This document shows positions 36,174-47,720 of a stretch of DNA of 64,000 bases, one piece after another (within the stretch, counting starts at the first letter, position 1; each line of letters begins with the position of its first letter). Where the stretch lies: NCBI RefSeq assembly GCF_020745735.1, contig NW_026867473.1, forward strand, positions 485,730 through 549,729, read 5' to 3'. The notes under the pieces are model-generated. The model did not search any database. It was not told the DNA's origin and saw nothing but the letters and a program-made list of their open reading frames with translations. Source of the stretch: Hemiscyllium ocellatum (Eukaryota). Both the position numbers and the translations under genes were made by a program.

Positions 36174-37096
36174 CTGTAGACAAATCCTAGCCTCCAAATC
36201 ACAGCGACTATAAGATCAAAAAGGATGGCGTTAATCTCTCAATAGTTACCCACGTCAACCAACTGAATAATACTTTGTGAAGGTTTATAATTGGAAAATC
36301 TGTATTGTCCAGATGCTGTGAACATTAAATAAAAACAGAGACTGCTAGAAATACTCACTCATTTTCTCTGATGAAAGGTCATTGACCAGAAACATTCATT
36401 GTATTTCTCTCTCCACAGATGCTGTTTGATCTGCTGAGTATTTGCAGCACTTTCTGTTTTACATCATGTAGGTTCGCTCCATGTTCAGAATGCACACAAG
36501 TTATTTAATTAAAACAGATATTCCCATAGAGTTCAGGTTATGTATGATTGATATACGACAGAAATCTATTTGTACTTTACAATATTAAAGATACAATTAC
36601 AAACACAAATGTGGAGATAAACATTAAATATATGAACATAATCCATCAGGCATACAAAGAATAACAGAGATCAGAGTGCTGAGTGGTCTCACTTCATGTA
36701 CAATATCAAAGACTGGGAAACAAACTCAACATATTATATTTACAGGCTGGAATGTCCAGAGATTGAATAATTCCCATTGTCAATTTGAAAATCTTTAACT
36801 TTTGGATCAGGCTTATCCTTTTCCATAGCTATTTTAAAACTGATGTGGTAAGTGTTTGCCCACTAATATCTCAGTGACTTGCCCTGCCTTATTCCCCTAG
36901 AGGACATTAAATTTTGCCCCTTCTCTCGGAGGCCATCTACATATCGATTGAGAAGGTTTTCTTGAATAAATTTAATAAATTCCTCCCATCCATTACCAGT
37001 CTATGTTTGGAAAGTTAAGATCTCTTTCTATTATAACTTTATTATTCTTACAGCTATCAGCGACCTCCCTGCATATTTAGAACATAGACACATGGT

Positions 37097-37410
37097 GGGT
37101 GGTACGATATCTCAGTAGTTAGCACTGCTGCCTCACTGAGACTTGGGTTCTATTCCCACCTCAGGCGACTGTCTCTGTGGAGTTTGCACATTCTCCCCGT
37201 GTCTGTGTGTGTTTTCTCCGGGTGCTCCGGGTTCCTCCCACAGTCCAAAAATGTGCAGGCTAGGTGAATTGGCCATGCTAAATTGCCCGTAGTGTTAGGT
37301 GAAGGGGTAAAGGTAGAGGAATGGGTCTGAGTCGGTTGTGCTTCGGCTAGTCAGTGTGGACTTGTTGGGCCGAAGGGCCTGTTTCCACACTGTAAGCAAT
37401 CTCATCTAAT
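37097..37410 (+). mobile_element. HE1-type SINE
   Basis: Full head, body and tail ending gggccgaagggcctgtttccacactgtaagcaatctcatctaatc. Confidence 0.85.
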
Positions 37411-37414
37411 CAAA

Positions 37415-40400
37415 AAAAAAGTGCATCACAGAACAGGCCCTTAGACCACGATGTTGTGCCAAGATTTAATCCGAATGTAAAATATAGTAACTTAAACTAC
37501 GCACCCCTCAACTCACTGCTATCCATGTGCATGTCCAGCAGTCACTTAAATGTCCTCAATGACTTCGCCTCCACCACCTCAACTGGCAATGCATTCCATG
37601 TATTCACAACTCTCTGCATAAAGAACCAACCTCTAATGTCTCCTTTATACTTTCCTCTTAATATCTTCAAACTATGACTTCTCATACCAGTCAGTCATCA
37701 ATTTGCTCCTCAGTTTCCCGCTGACTCCTGGGGAATCTATGGTACGATCCCATCAAAGTGATCAAACTTTTCTTTTTTTCTCAGATCCATACACATTGTT
37801 TCACTGGGCGATCCATCAGGAACATCCTCTCTGAGTCCTGTTGTGATGTTTTCCCGAATCAAAATAGCCACTCCCCCTCTTCTCTTGCCTCCCCTTCCAT
37901 CTTTCTAATGAATAGATCATTGAGCTCGATTTTAGAGTATCTGATCTCACTACTTCTGATGAAGAGTCACTGGACTTGAAATATTAACTCTGTTTTCTCT
38001 CCACAGATGTTGCCAGACCTGCTAAGTTTCTCTAGCAATTGTGCCTGCGGTTTACCCAGCTTCAGCAGCAAGTCATAGAACATTGCAGGGCAGTACAGGC
38101 CCTTCGGCCCTTGATGTTGCGCCGACCTGTGGAACTAATCTGAAGCCTATTTATCTGACGCTAATCCATTTTCATCCATGTTTATCCAATGACCATACAA
38201 ATGCCCTTAAAGCTGGCGAGTCTACTACTGTTGCAGGCAGTGCATTCCAGGTCCCTATCCCGGAACTATCTCTGACATCTGTCTTACTCCTCAGTTTAAA
38301 GCTATGTCCCCTCGTGCTAGCCATCACCTTCCAGGAAAGAAAACTCTCACTATCCACCCTATCTAATCCTCTAATTATGTTATATGGCTCAATTAAGTTA
38401 CCTCTCAACCTTTTCTCTAATGAAAACAGCCTTTCCTCATAAGACCTTTCCCTCCATACCAGCCAACATCCTGGTAAATCTTCTGAATCCTTTCCAAAGC
38501 TTCCACATCCTGCCTGTAATGCGGTGACCAGAACAGTATGCAATACCCCAATGTAGCCACACCAGAGTTTTGTACAGCTGCAGCATTACCTCATGGCTCC
38601 GAAACTTAATCCCTCTACCAATAAAAGCTCACACACAATATGCCTTCTTAACAACCCTATCAACCTGGGTGGCAACTTTCAGGGATTATGTTCCAAGTTA
38701 GATCTTCATGCTCTTTCTTCTACTATGACTGTCATGTTAGGAAATTCCTAGTATTGGCCTTTTTTTGGTTTTAATGACATCACTGTCCTGTTTGAAGCCA
38801 TCCCCAGATGCTATCTCCCTCCTCCCCACTTTCAGGTTGTGGTTGAAGAAATATGTGCAGCTGTCTGGGCTTTTATTTCCAAATACCTTATCTTAATGGT
38901 CATAGTAACAATGGGACACAGTTCCCCAATACAGTGTTTATGTTCTGATCTATCTTCTCTCAATGCAGATCTTTGATCTAAGGTAAATTTCTACTTCAAT
39001 ACCACGGAGGGTGGTGTGTGTATTGAATGAGCTGCCAGAGGAAGTGGTGGAGGCTGGTACAATTACAGCATTTAAGAAGTACCTGGATGATGCCCGAGAC
39101 AAATCTTTCACATTGGTCTTCACCACATCAGATTTATATTCATGAAAATGGAATAAATCACAAACATAGTGACGTGATTCACTGTGATTAAAGTAATAAT
39201 ACAATAAGCAATGCATTGGATTATCATGGTTTGTGTATGTGAATTAGTGTGCGAATGTGCATAGGCAACATTAATCATCTTGCACTACTTTGACACCCCT
39301 ATCATTTTCATAGTTATCTTTTTGGTCTTAATCAACAGATAAAACATTTCTTTTCCTGTCGATTTTACCCATTAACAATTTCTCTGTACTTCCTTGGCAT
39401 TTCTAAGTTTTTTTTAGTTTTCAGTTCACCCATTTAGATTCTAGGCTAAGCTTCCCATCGTTTTTGAATTGTTTTGTCAGGATCAGTATCTTTCTTTTAC
39501 TGTGTTAAAAATCACACAACACCAGGTTATAGTCCAACAGGTTTAATTGGAAGCACACTAGCTTTCGGAGCGATGCTCATTCATCAGGTGAACAACCTGG
39601 TGTTGTGTGATTTTTTAACTTTGTACAACCCAGTCCAACACTGGCATCTCCAAATCATGACTTTCTTTTACTGTTTCATGTCACCCCGTATGCTTGGGGA
39701 CACCGATGGAGCACGAGATGTGGAAATATCATGTTATCTGTTGTTGTCTCATGTTTACGCTGTTTCTTTAGAATCTCACTTTTGAGATCCTCCCACTGAT
39801 TTGTCATTACTTTATCTTCAAATACCTGCATCCAGTCCAACTTCATCAGATTATCTCTCAAATTAAGAACATAGAAACGTACAGCACAGAACAGGCCCTT
39901 TGTCCCAAGATGTTGTGCCGAAGATTAATCCTAATTTCAAATAAGAAAACTAACCTACACACCCCTCAATTCACTGTTGTCCACGTACAAGTCCAGCATT
40001 CACTTCAATGTCTGTAATGAATCTGCTTTCACCACCACCTCTGGCAATGTATTCTGTGCGCTCACAACGCCCTGCGTAAGGAACCTAACTCTGACGTCTC
40101 CTCTATACCTTCCTCCTAACACCTTAAAACTATGACCCCTCGTGGCAGACTCATGAGATTTGTTCCCCCAGACATCAACATTTTAATCTTGTTGTATTTG
40201 TCTTGTTCCATATTTATGCTCAATGTAAATGTATTAATGTCAGCAGCTCAAAAATAGTCCCTCTCTCTTAGTTCATTCAGAAGATCAGCTTCATTTCAGA
40301 AGATCAGTTCCTGAATTGCTTTTCCTCTCACTGAGCCCTTATGTACTAAAGAGGTCAGTTAAATATGATACAATAATCTTTTTGCTCTGTGTCTTTCACA

Positions 40401-41840
40401 CTGTTCATATTGCGAGATATTTGAGAGATGAAATTCCCAAATACTCTAGTACTTCAAAATATTCAAAAATGTCTGACATACAACTCTTCCGTTTTCCTCA
40501 GAAGATTTGGTCATCACTTGTAAACTACTAGCAGTGTGGCTGCCACCTTTTTAAAAATATTTCAGCTGAACCCTTATCGCGTCTTTTGTAAATTCATTGA
40601 GTGTATCAATGAGGGCCCTGTTAACCAGAGTGGAGGAGGAGAAACAGTTGAGGATAAAGGGATGCATAGAGTCACAGAGATGTCCAGGATGGAAACAAAC
40701 CCTTAATTCCAATTTGTCCATGTTGACCAGATGTCCTGAACGCATCTAGTCGCATTTGCTAGCATTTGTCTCATATCCCTCTAAACTCTTGCTAAACATA
40801 GACCCATCCAGATGCCTTTTACGTGTATTTACATGAGCACCGCTCCCCCAGCGACCCCCTTCCCCCCCCCCCCACTCACCCCCGACTTTCTCTGGCAACT
40901 CATTCCATACACGCAACAACTTGTGTGAAAAAGTTGCTCTTTCGGTCCCTTTTAAACCTTTTCCCTCTCGACTATGCCTTCCAGTTTTCAACTCCCCTAC
41001 GCTGGGGAAAGGATCTTGGCTATTCACCATATCCACGCCTCTCATGATTTTATAAACCTCGATAAGGTCACCCCACCGCCCCCACCCCAGTCTCCAAGCT
41101 CCAGGCAAAATAGCCCCACTTGCAAGGAACTATGAATCATTCTTTTGCTAATTATCTTAGTTGTGTTCTCTATTAATGATCTCCCTGTCAGTCTAAAGAG
41201 AGACAGTAATTGCTTCCAGCACAAGGGAGGGAGAAGCTCATATTAGATACACGCTGGTGGAAGGTGACATCGATTCATAGGGTGGTACAACATGGTACAA
41301 CTTGTCCATGCTGACCAGATGTCATAAATTAATCTAGTCCATTTGCCAGCATTAGCACCAAATCCCTCTCAACCCTTCCTAATCATATACACATTCAGAT
41401 GGCATTTAAATGTTGCAATTGTACCAGCCTCCACCACCTCCTCTAGCAGCTCATTCCATACACACATCAACCTCTCCATGAAAAAGTTGTCCCTTAGGTC
41501 CCTTTTAAATGTTTCCCCTCAAACCATAAATCTATACACTCCAGTTCTGGACTCCCCCACTCCAGGGTAAGTACCTTGTCTATTTACCCTATCCAGGCCC
41601 CTCAGGATTTTATAAATCTCAATAAGGTCACTCCTCAGCCTCTGATGGTCCAGGGAAAACAGCTCCAGCCTATTCAGCCTCTCCCTTTCACTCCAACCAC
41701 CAACTCTGGCAATACCCTTCTAAATCTTTTCTGAACTCTTTCAAGTTTCACAATATTCTTCCTATAGCAGAGAGACCAGAATTGAATGTGGTATTCAAAA
41801 ATGGACTAACCAATGTCCTGTACAGCCACACCATGACCTC
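37415..41840 (-). mobile_element. Cluster of CR1 3' fragments (about 37415-37690, 38072-38690, 39865-40150, 40665-41125, 41270-41840) with Penelope-like pieces
   Basis: Repeated acagaacaggccc / catagaac tails and RT C-terminal homology on the minus strand. The last fragment continues at 51224 beyond the provirus. Confidence 0.7.
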
Positions 41841-42500
41841 TGTTGGGGTAGTTGTACTAGTGGGGTGGGCACACTGGATCTAGGGAGGGAAAAAACTATA
41901 ACTGTAACAAGTGCTTCTAATACCGGGCCTGAAATGGTTAAACTATCATGATTACTGAACTGGAAACTGCTGGCCTGGCCTCCTAATCTGATCAGAGGCT
42001 AGCTGATAGACAGCCTGTTAATTGTACCTCTGGAATTTGTAACCGGTAGACATTGCTAATTGGATTAGTTGAGCTGTCGATTGAACCATCGAAACTACTC
42101 ACTTAAATGGTAATGAACTATTGTTTCTGGTAAACCACTAATTGAATAAGCAGGACCAGTGGCCCCACAATGTCTACGGGACTGGTCGCTCCAAGGCAAA
42201 CGGACAGACAGTTCAAACCAGAGAGCGGAACGCTTTGCCCGGGAACAAGTAGCCAACAGGAAGGTCAGACGTGGACACCTGACCTGGAGCACTGGCCAGC
42301 GAGGGGTATAACTGGGGCGAAGTTGAGCAGAGGGGCAGAACGCCTTCTCCAACGAATTGCATGCTGTAGAATTCGTTGTATAGTTTGCCAGTCGTGATTC
42401 TGTAAAATAAACGGTGCTCTGCCTCAAAATAAAGAAGCTGGTGCGGTCTCTCCTTCCAAAGAACTCACAAAGACCGGAATCCCGAGATTCCGGCCTAACA
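41841..42500 (+). repeat. 5' LTR (660 bp)
   Basis: TGTT...AACA termini; TATAA 42307-42311; AATAAA 42406-42411. Confidence 0.97.
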
Positions 42501-42502
42501 TC

Positions 42503-42520
42503 TGGTGAGCCTGACGTGGG
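42503..42520 (+). promoter_or_regulatory. Primer-binding site, closest to tRNA-Trp
   Basis: TGGTGAGCCTGACGTGGG, 2 nt after the LTR; 14/18 match to the vertebrate tRNA-Trp PBS TGGTGACCCCGACGTGAT as recalled. A leader splice donor AAG|GTGAGG lies at 42596/42597. Confidence 0.6.
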
Positions 42521-43771
42521 AAGGGAAAGAGACCACGGCAAGTTGGCCACGTTGGCGGATCAGGGGGCAGACAACTTTCGGCCGAAACCTTCTAAGGTGA
42601 GGAAGCGCCTGTTAAACCTAAGGCTTCCAGTAGTTAGTTAGTCTCTTGTCTGCTCTCTGACCCTCACCAACCCAAAAAACTGATCAGTTTGGCAGCAGCA
42701 TCGCAGAATCCTGACTGGTAAGCTACCACTAACCTTTTAACTAGTACCGGTTCGAATTCGCGTTGCTTTCGGAGCTGAGCGCGCCCCTTGTTGCCAGTTT
42801 GATTCGCGTTGCTTTCGGAGCTGAGCGTGCCCCTTGTTGCCAGTTTGATTCGCGTTGCTTTTGGAGCCAAGCGCGTCCCTGAGATTATGTATTGCAGCGC
42901 TGACCGTACTTGACTGCTTGGATCCACGTTACAAAGCACTTAAGACCGACGAATCTTGCTATACACACTTGCTGCTAGCATCTACCAAACCCCGGGGTGA
43001 CAGAGGTCGGATCTCATCATCTGAACAGGGTTATCCGCACAGGCGTCTGCCTTAGACCGGTTGTTAAGAGCAGAGATCTGCCACGCGAAGGTCAGGCTTT
43101 GAAAGATGCTCTGTTTTTATCACGGTTCCCATCAGGGGAGATCCGACATGGGGGACCTGATCTCAGACCGCCGAGGCTGTAACGCCTCGGAGCATGTTAC
43201 TAAGACAGAGGGCAGGGGACTGCGACAGGCTGAGATGGGGATACAGAGACACCAACAGTATGCGTGGTTTGGCATGTATGTGGGTGACAACCAGTGTGGG
43301 GCCGGCCCAGTGAGAGAGAAAGAGTGAGTGCTGTGACTTTGACGGACATGGCGAACGGGAGTGTTGCAGGAACACTTACTCCCAGGTCTGGACCTGCTAG
43401 ACCGCGTCGGCAGCGAGGCATCGGGGTGCAGCGGACCTGCACCGGCAGCCTCTGAGAGAGAGAGAGCGTGGAAAGCTGTCCAGCAAACAGGAGCAGATTT
43501 GCAGCTCTGTGAGTATGTGAGTTTTGTTCCGTGGATTTAACGGACTGGGACTTATCTCTGTGGACTCACATTGATTTTTAGGGTTAATGACTTCTGTCCT
43601 CTCAACTTTGTGTACTGCCCCACTATCATTTTTAATTACTCTTTACTTGAAAAGGTAGGGATGCGTACAGAAAGGTGACAGAATCAGGGATGGTGGAGCA
43701 CTTAATTGTCGGACCATTACGGTTGGCCGTCCCAAGGCGGTAAATCCCGGGGTGTCCCGGGGTCAGCTTGG

Positions 43772-44090
43772 TTTTTAGATTAGATTAGATTACTTACAGT
43801 GTGGAAACAGGCCCTTCGGCCCAACAAGTCCACACCGACCCGCCGAAGCGCAACCCACCCATACCCCTACATTTACCCCTTACCTAACACTACGGGCAAT
43901 TTAGCATGGCCAATTCACCTGACCTGCACATCTTTGGACTGTGGGAGGAAACCGGAGCACCCGGAGGAAACCCACGCAGACACGGGGAGAACGTGCAAAC
44001 TCCACACAGTCAGTCGCCTGAGTCGGGAATTGAACCCGGGTCTCAGGCGCTGTGAGGCAGCAGTGCTAACCACTGTGCCACCGTGCCACC
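43772..44090 (-). mobile_element. HE1-type SINE nested inside the provirus
   Basis: Apparently little-decayed, CpG-retaining copy: ttagattagattagattacttacagtgtggaaacaggccc...gcagtgctaaccactgtgccaccgtgccacc. Confidence 0.92.
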
Positions 44091-45519
44091 CACGGTGGCA
44101 CAGTGGGTGGTTCTGGCGGGTCAACTTACTTTTGGCGGGTTTGCTCAGTTTTGGCGCGAATGCTCAGTCTGGGCGGGGTCCGTTTAGTTTTGGCGCGAAT
44201 GCTCACTCTCGGCGGGATTGCTCGCTCTGGGAGGGGCTACTCGTTATCAGGGGTCTACGACCCTAACATCAGAGAGACACTCAGGCGCGATTGTCCTGGT
44301 CCATGGGATAATCCAATGGGAAGGTCTTCTTAAATTATCATGATGACGACATGAATCATGCTTCTAACTATATCTTATTCGAAAGTTGTACCCTTTTTTA
44401 CTTTTAAACAGAAAATACCGACCAACAACATGCACAGTGCAGCATTACCATACGGTGGCACAGAGGCCACTACTACTCACCCCCTTTAAAGTGGTTTTCA
44501 TGCGACCGCTGTTTGCCCGGCATTACCGAAGCCGGCATTAGGCTCTGACATCCCCCAGCCCACTTGTTTTTGCCTATTCCTTTTTTCCCGGTGGCCGCAG
44601 ATCTCAGGTCTCCAACCAGGACCTGCGACTCAGCAGACAGTAAAGGGTTTGGCCTAGCTCATTCATCTTTTTCCTCGCGACCAGTCACTCATCTTTTGTC
44701 CGCCGACATGGCTGCTTAAGCCATTTTTTCCACTTTCATGCTCACAGATTCTTTAATGACGAGATGGGGGCACTCATTCATCTTTCCGCCTATGTCCTCC
44801 AATTTTTACTGACCTATCTTACACACCCATTTCATCCTCTCTCAGATCCACAGATTTTCCCTTATACTAAAGTGTTATGCGCGCTCATTCATCGTCTCAT
44901 TACAATTACATGCGCGCTCTTTTCGTCTTTTTACGAGTATATGCGCACTTATTTCGTACTATTATTCGTCCTCCTCCTAAAGGCTGGGGCTAGGGAGGGT
45001 AGTGCCATTGCTGCAACAGACACTGCCAGTTCCAGTCCCCAAACGGTTATTCACAGCCATGCAGGGGGCAGCTAGCAACAGCAGGGCTACCTGTCTGAAG
45101 CTACATTCTTTGATAATTAGATCATGGAGCCTGTAACTGCCACCCAGTATCAAATTGTCCCATTGAAATCTCATTCCGACTTCTATTGCCGCATGTAGTG
45201 CCCCATCCTACACCCCCGCTCACCCTTTATTTCCACTCGATGTTCTCTTTCGGATCTGAGGTTATTTCTATCGTCATTTTCTATCTTTCACTCATCTTGT
45301 TAAACCGTTGAATTTAACTGGTGTCCGCAGACTTGACATTCCGCTGGTCCCCGAGTCTCACCCCCTTTTTGAGGTCTTATACTCCCTGAGGTTTCCTACC
45401 AGGTCGCAGTAACTCCTCTTCTGGCCTCATCCCTCCATCAAAAACTCTTCACTCACTGTGCTCCTGCTGCTGTACTCTGCGTCTCATCCCCTTTTCCCAG
45501 AATTACGCTCCCTGAGGTT

Positions 45520-47720
45520 TGCTACCAGGATTCGTTACATGACCTCCGAAGAATAAACGGGGCCACAGTCACTTCAAATCTGAAGGTTCTGGACCCCGCT
45601 GTTGCACTGCAGGCGCTCACGCCTGCCTGTCATTTTTCTCTGTCACAGACCTGGCCGACGTTTTCTTTTGCCTTTCCGCTGCACCGACAGTGTCCGGAGC
45701 GTTTTTGCATTCACCTGTGCTTGAAAGCGCCATACATACAATCGCCTCCCACAGGGGTAGAGAACTTTGGCTTCGTCCTTATCATTCCCCTACTGTCCGC
45801 GGCCCCTGTTGCTGCCCTGCAGAGTTCACAAGCCCCGACGGGGGTACACCCCCTCGCAGCATAAAACGACACTCTAATAGTCACGGGAGCCCACATCCAG
45901 GGCGAACTTGTGCAGGGGGGTGTAAGCTCACCTCCCCGCCTGACACTACCCCCTCAGAGGACGAGGGTGAGATCCTGCAGGGTTTGTGCAGTTATTCTTC
46001 TTGTCAATACGTTATGCTTATCTTTACACTTTCTTTCATGTTCCTACAATAGACCCTTTTACCGGGCTTGGGACGTCTGGGTCGCTACGCTTTCCTGCTA
46101 CCAGATTCTGACCACTAGATTTGATTTTATACCTACTTGTCTGTATCTTAGGCGGTCATGGTGGCCATGCTCTGTTCTCACCCATTTGTCCCTGACTGAC
46201 AACAACTTTTGTCTGCAGCATAGGGATCGAAGCTCACCCCTTGCCCATATCCTTCAGTCTCTTCAACTGCGAGTAGTTGTTTCCAATTCACCTGTTCATA
46301 CCTTCTGCAAAGCGCAGATTCGCGCTGAAAACGGCAGGGTCACCAGGTTCTTTTATGATTCTTTTCCCTGGGTAACTCTTAAGGCCTCCTACTATCTACA
46401 AACTTTGCCTTACACAGAGGACAGTGCTACACAAAGGATTTCTGTCCTGACCTGTATAGATTGTACTCACAACTTGTTACCCGTGTCATTCACCATGTGC
46501 CCGAACTACATGATTACTCCTCTTTTTCTGGCCGGTAGGCAATGGACTGTATTCCTCTACCAGGTAATACCTCCTATTTCCTGCAGAGCATGACCTCAAA
46601 CCTCCCTTTTTCCATCTCAACTGCACTCCACCTGAAATATTCCACCTCCTGTAAATCAGTCGCTGCATTGGTAGTCCGCATGCGATTGCTGGATGTTGAT
46701 GCAGCAAACTCTCTTGTGAAATTCCATCATTCTCTATACTCCTCGTCACAATCTAAACAAAAAACATGTGTTTTCCCGGCGGTCTACCCCCACCTCGGAG
46801 TGCAGGTCGGGGAAACACTGCTTTTCACCCGCTAGTAAATTTCACTTGATTCACCCAGCCCGGACGGCTTACCCGGGGATACTCACGGGCAGCCAAGCGG
46901 CAGCATTAACGGTGAGTCACGCAGATTTGTGGTGAAATTGTGGGGGGCAGATTGGGTACAATTGGTTGCCCCTGAACTGGGAAGGGACTTGTGTTCTGCG
47001 CGCCCTCAGTATTCCACTCTTCGTCTCTGCACATAGGAGCTGACATCCTCTGCGGATTAGGACACTCTACTCATACCCTTCTTACGGGAGTATTCAATGG
47101 CATGTTACATGCATCTCAACTTACGTATTTTTTACTCTTACTATTCTCTGGCTTTTATCACGTTAAATAAGCTACAAGGATACCAGAAGCTTCCCTGTGA
47201 AGATCATGTTACACATCCATAAATATCACAGTCAAAAGGGGGGTGCAAGCTCTAGCTGACAACACTCACACATCCACTCACTAACAATCAGATGATTTCG
47301 AGCTAGAACAGTGTTAACCTCCATGCTAGCTGAGCAGCCCTTTGTGGCTCTCACTCTCTGTTTCACACAGATACGACGTCCGATATGCCCGCAGCACCTG
47401 TGCACTCTCTTTTGATTATGACACACGGCCCTTCACAAACACAGATTCTTGCATACACAAGGATTATACTTGCACCTCTCGTTCTGTATCTCGTTCGGGG
47501 GGACAAGGCCCCTCAGGCAAACGGTCCAATTTCGTCCCACCGCAAATCTCCTAATTGCCCAGAGTTTTACATTACTCACCAGGGTCCCCGTGACAAAGGC
47601 CCCCTCTCCATAATCATCATCATCCCTTATACTGAACGAGCTGAAAACACATGGGGCAACGCATGTGAGAGTTGCCCAAGGCAGTAAGTCCGTTCACAAC
47701 CGCTGGTGGGCCCCTGTCTG
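45520..47720 (+). pseudogene. pol: Fossil retroviral pol (RT and integrase remnants)
   Basis: HDLRRIN (45538-45558), FSVTDLADVFFCL (45636-45674) and FAFTCA*KRHTYNRLPQG* (45704-45760) lie in three different frames. QYVML sits where (Q)YVDDL is expected (~46007-46021). Integrase N-terminus HGATH...NRWWAP at 47650-47715. Confidence 0.8.

Noticed and set aside
43106-43327. MGDLISD... as an intact gag start in the provirus
   Set aside because: Position is plausible, but the frame closes after 59 codons and I see no capsid MHR or zinc knuckle; left unassigned.
45910-46593. 227-aa ORF as a functional protein
   Set aside because: It overlaps decayed pol; only a short RT-connection-like patch is recognisable, and its start and N-terminus are out of frame with the RT motifs.
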